Shown here: positions 27,394 through 36,686 of the stretch, one piece after another
How the letters are laid out: each line of letters begins with the position of its first letter
How positions within the stretch are numbered: position 1 is the stretch's first letter
DNA from: Escherichia phage LF82-19
Strand: one strand, 5' to 3'
Sequence record: PV660457
Length of the DNA stretch: 52,748 nt
Notes under the pieces: generated by a model
Seen by the model: the letters and a program-made list of their open reading frames with translations, nothing else
What the model was told of the DNA's origin: nothing
The model's database searches: none
Made by a program: the position numbers and the translations under genes

Positions 27394-29463
27394 ATGAAAA
27401 TCAAGAGCATCAAGAAGCAGATTGAGGAGTTAGGCGAGGATAAGATCGCAGAGCTTCAAAAGAAATTCACTTTTGGTGACATTGTTCCTTATGCGTATCA
27501 GTGCGTCATGTACGACGAGATCGCAAAGCGCATTTCCGCATACAAACACCCATTCTTTGTTAAGGCTTCCGTGTCGGCTGGCAAAACAGTTGGGTTTGCC
27601 ATGGTGGCGGCGCGGTGCAGGGAAATGACTAGCGCAAAGTTTCCAAAGGGTTTATCAATGGCAATCCTCGCTCGCCAGGGTGAGATCGTATCTCAGGATA
27701 GCCAGGAGCTAACAAACTTCGGCGTGCCGAATAGCGTTTACTGCGCCGGGCTTGGTACTAAATCTGCATACTTCCCGATCGTCGTTGGCTCTGAGGGTTC
27801 AGTTGCAAACGGGCTTTTCAAGGCTCTCGGAGACTTCGCGCCAATGGTTGTCGGCATCGACGAATGTCACCAGGTGGATTGGGAAGACCTTGCAGACTCG
27901 ATCGAGAAGAACGAAAGCTATGAGGAAATGAGCAGACCAAAGGATGAGGCTTACATGATCAATGGCGAAGTAGTCGATCGCGGGTTGAAGATATCAAGCC
28001 TCATGGAAACCCTGGGAACAGTTGCACCAGGTGCCGGGCGCTCTCAGTACACGATAATCATTCGTGAGTTGCAGCGTCGATGCCTGGAAGTTCACGGAAA
28101 GGAACTACGCATATTCGGCATGACTGGTTCAGAGTTTCGCGGCACAACTCCGATCCTTGTTGAGAATATGAAACTCAAAGGCTTCTGGCGCGAGCAGGTA
28201 ACGAACATTGATACGAACTACCTCATTGAGTTTGGCTCGGTTGTTCCAACCGTCTTCGGCTCAACTGGCGGGTTAGGCTACGATCTGGAAGAGTTCAAAG
28301 CGTCAAGCGAAGATGGAACAAAAGACTTTGACGCGAAAGTAATGAAGAAGATGGAGGAGAAGATCCACAAGGATGCTTCCATGACGGCAAGAATTATGGC
28401 GGCGGTTGTGGAGGAAGCGAAGAAGCGAAACGGCGTTCTAATTACTTGCTCAGGGCAACGACACTGTAAAGAGGCGGCTAGTTACCTGCCTGAAGGCTCA
28501 ACGTATGCGATCATTACTGAGAAGACCGGAACGAAACAGCGCCAGCAAATCCTTGATGATGCAAACCAGGGAAAGATAAAGTACATCTTCCAGGTTGTGG
28601 CATTGACGACTGGCGTTAACGTGCCGTTTTGGGATTTCTCCGTGATACTCCGTAAGATTGGCTCTCTCACATTGCTGATACAGTTGCTTGGGCGCGGAAT
28701 GCGACTTTTAAAGGCGTGGCAAATCGCAATGGGGATGGTGAAGACAGATCACCTTGTTTGGGATTTTGCCGGAACTATGGACGAATTAGGCCAACTTTAC
28801 TTTGACCCGATTCTTGAGGAAGCTCAGTATCAACGCCGTTTCGACTCGAAGAAGGAGCCTAAAAAATGCCCTATTTGCGGTCATGAAAACAGTTTCTTTG
28901 CTCGTCGCTGTATCAGTCGGGATTTGAACGGAAACAGATGTGAGTATTTCTGGAAGTCGAGAACGTGCGAGGATCAGGTTGACGATCGAACCGGGAAAGT
29001 TATTGTGAAGGGTTGCGGTGTTCAAAATGATGTTGTAGCTCGAATCTGTAGGGGTTGTGATGCTAGCCTAACAGATCCCAACGCCAACTTAACCGGGAAG
29101 GCGTACACAAAAAACGACTGGTGCCAGGTTCTCAGCTTTGAGGTTGGGCTTACCAAAAACCAGACCGGGATCATTTATAAATATCGCTTGCGTGATATGC
29201 TCGGAGAGGAGTTTAACGCATACGAGAAGTTTTTCCCTGAGTCTCAGGCTCAGGTATGCCACACGATATGGAAAACAAAAGGCGTGCTTCCACACGTTCA
29301 CGATTCGAAAGTGGCAAAGCTTATGGCAGCATACAGGAGCGCGCGCCTGATCTTACAAAACGCGCACCACATCGCGCACCCGGTACGGGTTACGCATCGC
29401 AAAAACGCAAAGGGCGAAGATATCATTTCGCGCAAGGACTTCGGTCTTAATGAGGGCTTATGA
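27394..29463 (+). CDS. DExH-box SF2 helicase with C-terminal Cys-rich zinc-ribbon cluster
   Basis: Walker A SVSAGKT, DECH box, helicase C-terminal region, then CPICGH ... C ... C ... GCG ... CRGC cluster. Confidence 0.75.
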   Translation: MKIKSIKKQIEELGEDKIAELQKKFTFGDIVPYAYQCVMYDEIAKRISAYKHPFFVKASVSAGKTVGFAMVAARCREMTSAKFPKGLSMAILARQGEIVSQDSQELTNFGVPNSVYCAGLGTKSAYFPIVVGSEGSVANGLFKALGDFAPMVVGIDECHQVDWEDLADSIEKNESYEEMSRPKDEAYMINGEVVDRGLKISSLMETLGTVAPGAGRSQYTIIIRELQRRCLEVHGKELRIFGMTGSEFRGTTPILVENMKLKGFWREQVTNIDTNYLIEFGSVVPTVFGSTGGLGYDLEEFKASSEDGTKDFDAKVMKKMEEKIHKDASMTARIMAAVVEEAKKRNGVLITCSGQRHCKEAASYLPEGSTYAIITEKTGTKQRQQILDDANQGKIKYIFQVVALTTGVNVPFWDFSVILRKIGSLTLLIQLLGRGMRLLKAWQIAMGMVKTDHLVWDFAGTMDELGQLYFDPILEEAQYQRRFDSKKEPKKCPICGHENSFFARRCISRDLNGNRCEYFWKSRTCEDQVDDRTGKVIVKGCGVQNDVVARICRGCDASLTDPNANLTGKAYTKNDWCQVLSFEVGLTKNQTGIIYKYRLRDMLGEEFNAYEKFFPESQAQVCHTIWKTKGVLPHVHDSKVAKLMAAYRSARLILQNAHHIAHPVRVTHRKNAKGEDIISRKDFGLNEGL

Positions 29464-29879
29464 TTACTGACAAGGGCGATTATCTTGAATATTACACCCC
29501 TGATAAGGGGTGTACCCTGAAGGAAGAGACTCACCAGGTTAACGGCGTTTCGTGGCTAAAGTACCACTACCCAAACCTGATGTTTTGGCACACGGTCAAC
29601 GAGGGGCAGAAGCACATAAACACAGCCCTAAAAGATGAGCAAGCCGGGCTTAAGAAAGGTGTCAGCGACTTCGTATTTCTGATTGGTCATTTCGATCGGA
29701 AATATTGCTTTGGGGCTATTGAGCTGAAGCGCACCAACAAGAGCGGAAAGTACAAGGCATCACCAGTCAGTAAGGAGCAGAAAGCTTTCCTTCTCGGTGT
29801 GCGTGAACGTGGGGGGTTCGCGGCTGTGGCTTACGGATTCGAGGAGTTGAAGAAAGCCGTTGAGGACATGATGAAATAG
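29460..29879 (+). CDS. VRR-NUC-like nuclease
   Basis: 139 aa with D ... SDFVFL ... IELK PD-(D/E)xK-like motif; overlaps helicase stop. Confidence 0.55.
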   Translation: MITDKGDYLEYYTPDKGCTLKEETHQVNGVSWLKYHYPNLMFWHTVNEGQKHINTALKDEQAGLKKGVSDFVFLIGHFDRKYCFGAIELKRTNKSGKYKASPVSKEQKAFLLGVRERGGFAAVAYGFEELKKAVEDMMK

Positions 29880-29919
29880 CACTATTTGCTAAACCTGTGC
29901 CGGAACAATCCGGCATAAT
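29877..29919 (+). promoter_or_regulatory. palindrome TAGCA-N5-TGCTA plus hairpin with CATAAT
   Basis: stop codon TAG is the first half-site; 22-nt gap; upstream of dam. Confidence 0.5.
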
Positions 29920-29949
29920 GCAACTACACAAACAAACAGGAATGAGATC

Positions 29950-30663
29950 ATGATTGACGAGAACGATAAAGACACAATGACGTTTGAAGAAATGGAGCAC
30001 GGCTTGTATTCAACTCGCGCACTGGTTGCCGGGTGCCACTACCAGCCAGTGAAGCCGGAAACGTACTATCGCGTTTCAGGGCATCGTTACGTTGGCAGCA
30101 AAACGCCTGACGTTGTGCGTGACTTGTGGGCAACCGATCGCGAATTGATTTCGTGGATGGAAGAGCGTTACGGAAAGTATGATATCGACGCAGCGGCAAG
30201 CGCGAATAATGCCGTGTGCGAAAAGTTCTACGACGAGCAACGTAACTGCCTGAAAATCTGGTGGGGAAAGAATAAGCACATCTGGCTTAACCCTCCGTAC
30301 TCACATCCTGATCCATTCGTGAAGAAGGCCATTGAGCAGATGGAGCATGACAACCAGATTGATATGCTTCTTCCTGGCGACAACTCAACGGCATGGTTTG
30401 CAGAGGCGCGCAAAAACGCTGCTGAGATCATCTGGATTGAGGCTGAGATCACAGAGATTGACCAGCAGGAATATTGCCGAACCGGGCGACTCGCTTTTAT
30501 TTCCGGCCTAACCGGAAAGCCAGTTGACGGCAACAACAAAGGGAGTGTGATTTTCATCATGCGCAAACTGAAAGAGGGTGAGACGCAACAAACACACTAT
30601 GTGAGCGTTTCTGAGATCTGCCCAGGCGTAAGCCGCAAGAAACCACGTAAACGGAGCGTTTAA
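29950..30663 (+). CDS. dam: DNA N6-adenine methyltransferase (phage Dam-type)
   Basis: NPPYS catalytic motif; 237 aa. Confidence 0.75.
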   Translation: MIDENDKDTMTFEEMEHGLYSTRALVAGCHYQPVKPETYYRVSGHRYVGSKTPDVVRDLWATDRELISWMEERYGKYDIDAAASANNAVCEKFYDEQRNCLKIWWGKNKHIWLNPPYSHPDPFVKKAIEQMEHDNQIDMLLPGDNSTAWFAEARKNAAEIIWIEAEITEIDQQEYCRTGRLAFISGLTGKPVDGNNKGSVIFIMRKLKEGETQQTHYVSVSEICPGVSRKKPRKRSV

Positions 30664-30665
30664 AA

Positions 30666-30878
30666 ATGGCTACTGCATTCGGACTGTATAAGGCAAAAGT
30701 TATTCGCGCTCTGATGGCGGCTGGATTCAAGCACAACGCGGAGGAATTCGCTGATTGCCTTGATATGAGCTTTGACGAGATCAAGCATCTTCACCACACG
30801 CAATGGGGAGAATCAATCAAGCGCGATCTCGAAGAGTACCGGAAAGAGAATCCGCACGAATTCGCAACACAGCACTAA
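30666..30878 (+). CDS. hypothetical protein
   Basis: 70 aa ORF, 2 nt after dam stop. Confidence 0.4.
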   Translation: MATAFGLYKAKVIRALMAAGFKHNAEEFADCLDMSFDEIKHLHHTQWGESIKRDLEEYRKENPHEFATQH

Positions 30879-30912
30879 TTGCTAAACGTACCCGGCGAAA
30901 GTCGGGTATTAT
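30870..30912 (+). promoter_or_regulatory. palindrome cAGCA-N5-TGCTA plus -10 TATTAT
   Basis: stop TAA inside spacer; 22-nt gap. Confidence 0.45.
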
Positions 30913-30940
30913 TATTTTACACCAACAAGAGGAATCACCC

Positions 30941-31189
30941 ATGAAAACCAAACTCACCATCAAAGACACCATGAGCACTTACAACTTTACTGAGTCTCGC
31001 GGTAAAGTGCTGATGCCTCACATGCTGAAGCTTGCACAGCAGACCGCGCGCGAGTCCATTGAGCTTGGATCTGATGGCGGCCTTCATGAGGTGATTTCAG
31101 TTGTATACCTCCGCGCAGCGTATGGTCACTTGGAGGTTTCCACCCTTGAGCAAATGGCGGAGGCGTTCGATCTGTATGGTAATAGTTGA
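30941..31189 (+). CDS. hypothetical protein
   Basis: start MKTKL with RBS AAGAGGAA; track ORF 30803 runs through the promoter and is rejected. Confidence 0.4.
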   Translation: MKTKLTIKDTMSTYNFTESRGKVLMPHMLKLAQQTARESIELGSDGGLHEVISVVYLRAAYGHLEVSTLEQMAEAFDLYGNS

Positions 31190-31409
31190 AGAGGGTAAAC
31201 GCGCCGTTTGGGAGCACTGCAAAGAGGCTGGCATTGACGGCGACATAGCGCTAATCGCAAAGTATTTCGATATCAAGGATATTTGCCTGATCTACAATGG
31301 CAAAATGACCTACATCGAAGATAGGCCGCGAAAGATGGTTAGGATCGCGGTAGCCACCAAGCCGGATAAAGACGTAGCGGCGTACATCAAGGAAACAAAG
31401 AAAAAATGA
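31176..31409 (+). CDS. hypothetical protein
   Basis: internal ATG overlapping previous gene end. Confidence 0.35.
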   Translation: MVIVEEGKRAVWEHCKEAGIDGDIALIAKYFDIKDICLIYNGKMTYIEDRPRKMVRIAVATKPDKDVAAYIKETKKK

Positions 31410-31663
31410 ACCTCCCGCACCTGGATTTCAACCCGCATGATTACGATGAATACTCAGGGCAGGTAACAGACGGCGATTACCGAATGATTCCGTTCGCTGA
31501 CTGGTTGCCTCCTGACTTTGAAGACGTTCTATGCAGTCGAGGCGGCGCGTTCAAACTGATGTACTTTAGCCCGGCTACTGGTATGATGGTTCCCAGCGAA
31601 ACAGAATGCGCAAGCGAAGCGCTTGAACCTTCACAGCTCACTATATGGTTGAAAAAGATTTGA
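31406..31663 (+). CDS. hypothetical protein
   Basis: 85 aa, ATGA overlap with previous gene. Confidence 0.4.
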   Translation: MNLPHLDFNPHDYDEYSGQVTDGDYRMIPFADWLPPDFEDVLCSRGGAFKLMYFSPATGMMVPSETECASEALEPSQLTIWLKKI

Positions 31664-31746
31664 TGCGCTGTTTAATTCCTGTATTATTACCGCCGATTAT
31701 CGGTTTTATTATTATCTATCAACTAATTATGAGTTAAGGATTTGTT

Positions 31747-32883
31747 ATGTCACTGAAGAAAATCACCGACGAGCAGTTAAACGCCGAGCGAGAGTCGGGT
31801 AAAACTTACCGCCAGATCGCGGAAGAGTACGGAATGAACATACGCACCGTCGAGGCTCGCGGCGCACGCCTGGCTAAGAAAGGTTTCGGTCACGGTAACG
31901 GCGATGCATCGCGATTTGTTCCAGAAGGCTTCATGGTTAAGGGCACATCAACCATGCACCGCGCGAACGGAGAGGTTATCGTTAGCTGGACGAAAACCAA
32001 TCAGGATCATGAGAAGTTAGCCGCCATGCTTGAGCACGCGATCGAGGCGTTTTGCGTTGAGCTTCCACGCGCAGCCGCTACACCTTCCAACGTTGGTGAG
32101 GTGATGGAGAACCAGCTCGCGCTTTATCCTGTATTCGATCTGCATATCGGTGCAATGGCTCATAAGCATGAGTGCGGCGAGAACTACTCAACCGATATTG
32201 CCGAGAAGGTTTTGGGCGATTTCTTCAAGTACGCTGTGAACGTTGCGCCGAAGGCGAAGAAGGCGGTTGTGCTGGTTGGCGGTGACTACCTCCACTCTGA
32301 CGGCCTGGACGCTGTAACACCCGCAAGCGGTCACGTTCTGGATCAGGACTCACGTTACGCTAAGCTGGTTCACGTTGCCATTCGCTCACTCCGTCGCGGC
32401 GTTGCGCTTCTGCTTGATAAGCATGAAGAGATTGAGATCCAGATTATCGAAGGCAACCACGATCAGGCGGGTATGATTTGGCTACGCGCTGCAATGGCGG
32501 CATACTTCGAAGATGAGCCGCGCGTCACGGTTGACACATCGCCTATGATCCTTCACCGTACCAAGTGGGGCAAAACGCTGTTAGGCTACACTCACGGTCA
32601 CACGATGAAGAAAGCAGAAACCCGCCTCCAGGCGCTGGCTACTGACTTCCGTTCTGAGTTCGGCACGAGTGAATTCGTTTATACTCACTCAGGGCATTGG
32701 CATCACCAGACGCTTACAGAGCACACCTTAGGCATTGACGAGGTTCACGGTCAGTTAGGTGCCAAAGATGCGTATGCGGCTCGCGGTGGATGGCGCTCAT
32801 ATCGCCAGGCGGCGGTAATTGTCTATGATAAAGAATTTGGCGAGGTAGGCCGATTCGTTTATCGTCCTCAGATGAGCAAATAG
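31747..32883 (+). CDS. HTH domain fused to calcineurin-like metallophosphoesterase
   Basis: N-terminal TYRQIAEEYGMNIRTVEARGARL HTH; then DLHIG, GGDYLHSDG, EGNHD, GHTH, GHWHH metallophosphatase motifs. Confidence 0.6.
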   Translation: MSLKKITDEQLNAERESGKTYRQIAEEYGMNIRTVEARGARLAKKGFGHGNGDASRFVPEGFMVKGTSTMHRANGEVIVSWTKTNQDHEKLAAMLEHAIEAFCVELPRAAATPSNVGEVMENQLALYPVFDLHIGAMAHKHECGENYSTDIAEKVLGDFFKYAVNVAPKAKKAVVLVGGDYLHSDGLDAVTPASGHVLDQDSRYAKLVHVAIRSLRRGVALLLDKHEEIEIQIIEGNHDQAGMIWLRAAMAAYFEDEPRVTVDTSPMILHRTKWGKTLLGYTHGHTMKKAETRLQALATDFRSEFGTSEFVYTHSGHWHHQTLTEHTLGIDEVHGQLGAKDAYAARGGWRSYRQAAVIVYDKEFGEVGRFVYRPQMSK

Positions 32884-32923
32884 CACTTTTTGTTAAAAGC
32901 CGATCGCGTTGGTCGGCTATACT
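32881..32923 (+). promoter_or_regulatory. palindrome TAGCA-N5-TGTTA plus hairpin with TATACT
   Basis: TAG stop is the first half-site; 22-nt gap. Confidence 0.5.
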
Positions 32924-32952
32924 CATTTCATCAACTCAGAGGAGTAACGGAA

Positions 32953-33057
32953 ATGAAATCTATCTTAATCAACGTGGTCTGTTTTGCATTGGGCGCTGGC
33001 GTAGTTGCTTCCAGCCTTTGGGTTATCAATCTCGCTTCAGTATTCAAGGGCTTCTAA
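32953..33057 (+). CDS. small membrane peptide (34 aa)
   Basis: MKSILINVVCFALGAGVVASSLWVINLASVFKGF, one TM helix; RBS GAGGAG; not in ORF track. Confidence 0.3.
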   Translation: MKSILINVVCFALGAGVVASSLWVINLASVFKGF

Positions 33058-33231
33058 ATGAAAGTTAAATGTATTCGCAATGACTCTAAATCGCTCCCGT
33101 TCCATGTGAACCAGTTTTACTCTATCGGGTTCGATCACGGCGGCGGGAACTTCGAAATTTATGACGGTTGCGGCTCCTGTATTATTGCCCCGCTAAATGG
33201 GCATTATCTGGAATTCGTTATCGTCAAATAA
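33058..33231 (+). CDS. small protein, member of MKVKC family
   Basis: 57 aa starting MKVKCI ... FYSIG; not in ORF track. Confidence 0.4.
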   Translation: MKVKCIRNDSKSLPFHVNQFYSIGFDHGGGNFEIYDGCGSCIIAPLNGHYLEFVIVK

Positions 33232-33256
33232 AGCAACACATTCATCACCTTACCTA

Positions 33257-33286
33257 TCGGGAGCCTTTTACGGCTCCCTTTTTTGC
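33257..33286 (+). terminator. rho-independent terminator
   Basis: GGGAGCC-tttta-CGGCTCCC then TTTTTTG. Confidence 0.5.
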
Positions 33287-33363
33287 TTCTTTTTTATTCC
33301 GAGCCGGGTTACAATCCTTTTACTAACTAAATATTGACATTCAAAGAGTTTAAGGATCTGATC

Positions 33364-33582
33364 ATGAGGGAAGTAATCAATGCAGTAACCAGCGCCACAG
33401 GCGGCGCGTCACTAACCGGAGCGGCTACAGGTCAGTTAGTTATTGCTGGCGCAACGTTCGTGCTATTCGTTGGCTTCGGTGTTTGGGGTGCTTACTGGAA
33501 ATACCAGGACAGCAAAGCAATTCGTGAAGCCCTCAAATCCGGCAATCTGGAAGAGGCGATCAAACTAAACGGGAAAAAGTAA
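33364..33582 (+). CDS. holin (putative)
   Basis: 72 aa with Gly/Ala-rich TM segments and charged C-terminus; immediately upstream of endolysin. Confidence 0.5.
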   Translation: MREVINAVTSATGGASLTGAATGQLVIAGATFVLFVGFGVWGAYWKYQDSKAIREALKSGNLEEAIKLNGKK

Positions 33583-33583
33583 C

Positions 33584-34069
33584 ATGAAGAGATTAGTAGC
33601 CGGGGCTGCATTCGGTGCAGCTCTCGCCTTAACGCCTCCCCTGGTGGAGCAGGTTGAAGGCATTCATTACGATCCATACAAAGACATTGCCGGGATCTGG
33701 ACGGTGTGCGCTGGCATTACCGGGAGCGATGTAGTGCTAGGGAAGCGATATACTCAGCGCGAGTGCGATGCGTTGCTTTTCAAGCATATCGAGATCGCAA
33801 GGAAGGAAGTTGACAAGCGCGTAAACTATCCGATCCCGGACACGATGCGCGCAGCAATGTACAGCTTCACGTTTAACGCTGGCACTGGCGCTTTTCGTGG
33901 CTCTACAATGCTGAAGCTTATCAATCAGGGCAAGTTGCCTGAGGCATGTAATCAGCTTTGGAGCTGGACTTACTACACCAACCCGAAGACCGGGAAAAAA
34001 GAGAAGTCGAAGGGGTTGAAGAACCGCCGCGCCTTTGAATACAACTACTGCATGAAGGAATTAAAATGA
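33584..34069 (+). CDS. endolysin, lysozyme-like with SAR-type N-terminus
   Basis: E-x8-D-x5-T catalytic triad spacing ([16 protein letters not shown]); N-terminal Gly/Ala-rich weakly hydrophobic segment. Confidence 0.75.
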   Translation: MKRLVAGAAFGAALALTPPLVEQVEGIHYDPYKDIAGIWTVCAGITGSDVVLGKRYTQRECDALLFKHIEIARKEVDKRVNYPIPDTMRAAMYSFTFNAGTGAFRGSTMLKLINQGKLPEACNQLWSWTYYTNPKTGKKEKSKGLKNRRAFEYNYCMKELK

Positions 34070-34497
34070 AACGCGTAAGCAACTCAATGCTGATCTTCGT
34101 AACCATCCTCGTGTTCGTTGCAGTGACTTCGCTATCTGGTTGCTCAACGGCTGGCGCTCTGACTGGTTTGATCGGCAGCAAGCCGGAAATCTCAGCACAG
34201 GCCGGAGCGGAAAACACGAAACAGACGGTTGGCCTAAACAACAAAGTGGATCAGTCAAGCGAGGTGGAAACCACGATTCGTGATTCAAAGGTTGGAAAGG
34301 TTGACAGCTCTAACGGAAAGAAGACCAGCGCATCAAGCATCACGGCTGAAACCATCAAGGCCGACAAGATCGAGATTCGCAATAGTGATGGAGAGGCGTT
34401 TGGTATTGCGGCTGGTTTCTTCGTCGCTGGTCTGATTGCAGGTTCAAGCGCCGTTGCATACTTAGCAACGAGACGCAGAAACAACAAAGGAGCCTAA
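34066..34497 (+). CDS. unimolecular spanin (lipoprotein with C-terminal TM domain)
   Basis: lipobox LSGC after signal sequence plus C-terminal hydrophobic helix; same architecture as T1 gp11. Confidence 0.65.
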   Translation: MKRVSNSMLIFVTILVFVAVTSLSGCSTAGALTGLIGSKPEISAQAGAENTKQTVGLNNKVDQSSEVETTIRDSKVGKVDSSNGKKTSASSITAETIKADKIEIRNSDGEAFGIAAGFFVAGLIAGSSAVAYLATRRRNNKGA

Positions 34498-34514
34498 CGG
34501 CTCCTTTTTTATTT
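34487..34514. terminator. bidirectional terminator after lysis cassette
   Basis: AGGAGCC-taac-GGCTCCT then TTTTTTATTT. Confidence 0.55.
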
Positions 34515-34721
34515 GTAACGCTTTGCCAGTATCAGAAGTTCACCAGCATCATTGCACAACGTGTGCTCATCCTTCTTCCCGGCTCGCATCGAACTATTCA
34601 GCAGTGACAGCAGGGCGTAATTTAACTCGTCCTCCGTCACCCCTTGAGAGGCGCAAGCCTCAATAATCGCGTTGATTAGGTTTTGAGCAACCAAAAAGTT
34701 CATCGTCGCTGAGCTTGTCAA
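34509..34721 (-). CDS. hypothetical protein (uncertain)
   Basis: 70 aa ORF overlapping terminator and next ORF in another frame. Confidence 0.3.
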   Translation of the reverse strand: MTSSATMNFLVAQNLINAIIEACASQGVTEDELNYALLSLLNSSMRAGKKDEHTLCNDAGELLILAKRYK

Positions 34722-35022
34722 TATTCATCATCTCCCATGTGTAACGATCCTCTTCACCGCCGTAACAGTTGAAATCAAATTCAAAGGGGCGCTTCTGCGC
34801 CCCCTTGCTCCAGTACCAGAGGTTTACGCCGTCAAGGTAGCCCAACCCCATCATCCTTGCAACAAACTCCTTAGAAGCGCTTGAGGCGAAGTAACGAGGG
34901 GTTACGTTAGCGGCCTTTGCAAGCCGCTCGCACTCGTGATGCTTGAAAATGAATTGCGCCAAGTGTTGGCGGTTGAATTTCGTGTAACTCTCACAGAACT
35001 TATACAGATCCAGAAGGAACAT
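34660..35022 (-). CDS. hypothetical protein
   Basis: 120 aa, Trp/Tyr-rich; overlaps downstream ORF by about 60 nt. Confidence 0.4.
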   Translation of the reverse strand: MFLLDLYKFCESYTKFNRQHLAQFIFKHHECERLAKAANVTPRYFASSASKEFVARMMGLGYLDGVNLWYWSKGAQKRPFEFDFNCYGGEEDRYTWEMMNIDKLSDDELFGCSKPNQRDY

Positions 35023-35024
35023 GA

Positions 35025-36611
35025 TTACCCCAGCAAGCGTGGATTAACGTAAATCTTATCACCGATCAGGCAAGTGTAATTCTTCTCGTCAAGCATCGGC
35101 AGCAAGTGATCTTTGATTCGTGTCATTGTTCCGGCCTGGCCTTCGAATGGTCGAACCTTGCGCGCGGCCTCGTAAAGCGCCCGAAGACCAACAACGCCCT
35201 TCCCCTGCTTTCCGCTCTTGATCAGCAAGTCAATAAGCTTGTTCATTTCTGCTGAATCGCCAGCGTGCCCGGCAGACGACGCGGAAGAAAGATAGGTCTT
35301 GCTCAGCTCGTTAAACATGATCACGGCCTCCTGCATTGTGTCAAGCTCAATCTCTCGACTCTTCGGCGCATTGCTTCCGTTTGGTGAGAACCAGTTACGG
35401 ATCACATGCAGAACCGACGCGATACGAATCGCCTGTTTATCGAACTTGCCCAGCGCACCGCGTAACATGGTGTGCGAGTATTTCCCGCCGTCTGCCAAGT
35501 GTGGCTCCATCGCCTGGCGTGCGTTGTTAAGGTACTTCATCGCGCTCTTGCTCACCGTGAGCTTAACGTCAACCTCACTCATGATGGCGTGTATCAGCTT
35601 GAAGTAATCAGCTTTCAGGCCGCCGTCAATAGGCTCGTAAGTTGACTCGCCATTGTCATTCACGAAAACACGCTCACCAAGGAATGACTTCTCACGAACC
35701 AGCAAGAAACGCTCAGAAACACCGATACCGCGCGCACCTGCATTCATGATCGCGTTGATTGTCTCGTCCTGCGCGATAACCGAAATACAACCCATAGCCA
35801 CGAATGACATGTTGTTATCAGCGTTCGCACGAGCGATAGACACGTTCCCTGCATCCCATGCTTTCAGCACAAGCTCGCTGTTTGTCTTCTTCGAACCGTC
35901 ACCATACGTCATGCCCAACAGGCTGTTAACGGATGTCGCTTCGTCCGAGATCACAGCGAAGTTGCCTTGACGGTTGTTAATGCGTGCCAAGCCTTCAGGC
36001 GTGGTATCTGAAACAGGGAAAACGATATCGCAAAGGCGCTCAAGCTTCTCTTCAAGATCCTCTTTCTCCTCAAACAGCGAGGCCATTTCAGATGGCGCTT
36101 TCTCCTGTTTCATTTCCTTCGCCAGCGCAGACAGTTTGGCGAGAATCTTTTTACGCTCACGCTTACGAGCCTCGTTGAGTCGCTCAGTCTCCGCGATCAT
36201 TGGCGCGATGGATAGCGAGTTGATTGCGGATTTCCCCGTTGATGGTGGCTGACTGGTTACAACGTAGAGCGCAGTTGGTTGTTGCGTTCCGTGATAGTCA
36301 ACCGTGAACCTACCCAGCATGGCGGCAGACACGCAACCTACAAAGTGCATATAGGCTGAAGACTCAGGGAATTGAACCGATCTCGCGGCGTTGCGTGAGA
36401 GCTTGCCGACCACATCACTATCGTTGCCCAGGGAAATAACAGGATATTTATCATTACCTGAATCAATCTCTACCGGAGCCTTCCAGAAGGATTGGGATTG
36501 ACGATATCCATTCGCATTTATGGCAACGCGGAGCGGCGGCAACCCTTCGGCCTTTGCAACCTCGATCACTTGTTCCGGCGAAAGTTTATCATCATTGAAA
36601 ATATCGAACAT
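35025..36611 (-). CDS. P-loop NTPase, putative replication helicase/initiator
   Basis: Walker A-like PPSTGKS; 528 aa; in replication gene neighbourhood. Confidence 0.45.
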   Translation of the reverse strand: MFDIFNDDKLSPEQVIEVAKAEGLPPLRVAINANGYRQSQSFWKAPVEIDSGNDKYPVISLGNDSDVVGKLSRNAARSVQFPESSAYMHFVGCVSAAMLGRFTVDYHGTQQPTALYVVTSQPPSTGKSAINSLSIAPMIAETERLNEARKRERKKILAKLSALAKEMKQEKAPSEMASLFEEKEDLEEKLERLCDIVFPVSDTTPEGLARINNRQGNFAVISDEATSVNSLLGMTYGDGSKKTNSELVLKAWDAGNVSIARANADNNMSFVAMGCISVIAQDETINAIMNAGARGIGVSERFLLVREKSFLGERVFVNDNGESTYEPIDGGLKADYFKLIHAIMSEVDVKLTVSKSAMKYLNNARQAMEPHLADGGKYSHTMLRGALGKFDKQAIRIASVLHVIRNWFSPNGSNAPKSREIELDTMQEAVIMFNELSKTYLSSASSAGHAGDSAEMNKLIDLLIKSGKQGKGVVGLRALYEAARKVRPFEGQAGTMTRIKDHLLPMLDEKNYTCLIGDKIYVNPRLLG

Positions 36612-36638
36612 GTTAAAAACTCCTTGTTTGGTTGCTCA

Positions 36639-36682
36639 ATGATAGAGCAACCAATGATAGTGCGTTTTGGCAAAAAGTGCTA
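36639..36682 (-). promoter_or_regulatory. palindrome TAGCA-N5-TGCCA plus long hairpin with TATCAT
   Basis: 23-nt gap; 10-bp stem TTGGTTGCTC/GAGCAACCAA with TATCAT in loop. Confidence 0.45.
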
Positions 36683-36686
36683 TTGG

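Noticed and set aside
29877-29919. Reading the TTGCTA half-site as a sigma70 -35 hexamer
   Set aside because: The gap from TTGCTA to the -10-like hexamer is consistently 22 nt, not 16-18, and the 6 nt at the true -35 position are not TTGACA-like; the palindromic structure fits a protein-binding site better.
30803-31189. Long N-terminal extensions of track ORFs (30803, 7784, 8163, 8554, 13146, 42780, 45654, 47690, 50787, 36687-37166, 38562-38831)
   Set aside because: The extensions run through the upstream palindrome/-10 element or overlap the preceding gene and are Arg/Ser-rich; internal ATGs with proper RBS spacing were preferred.
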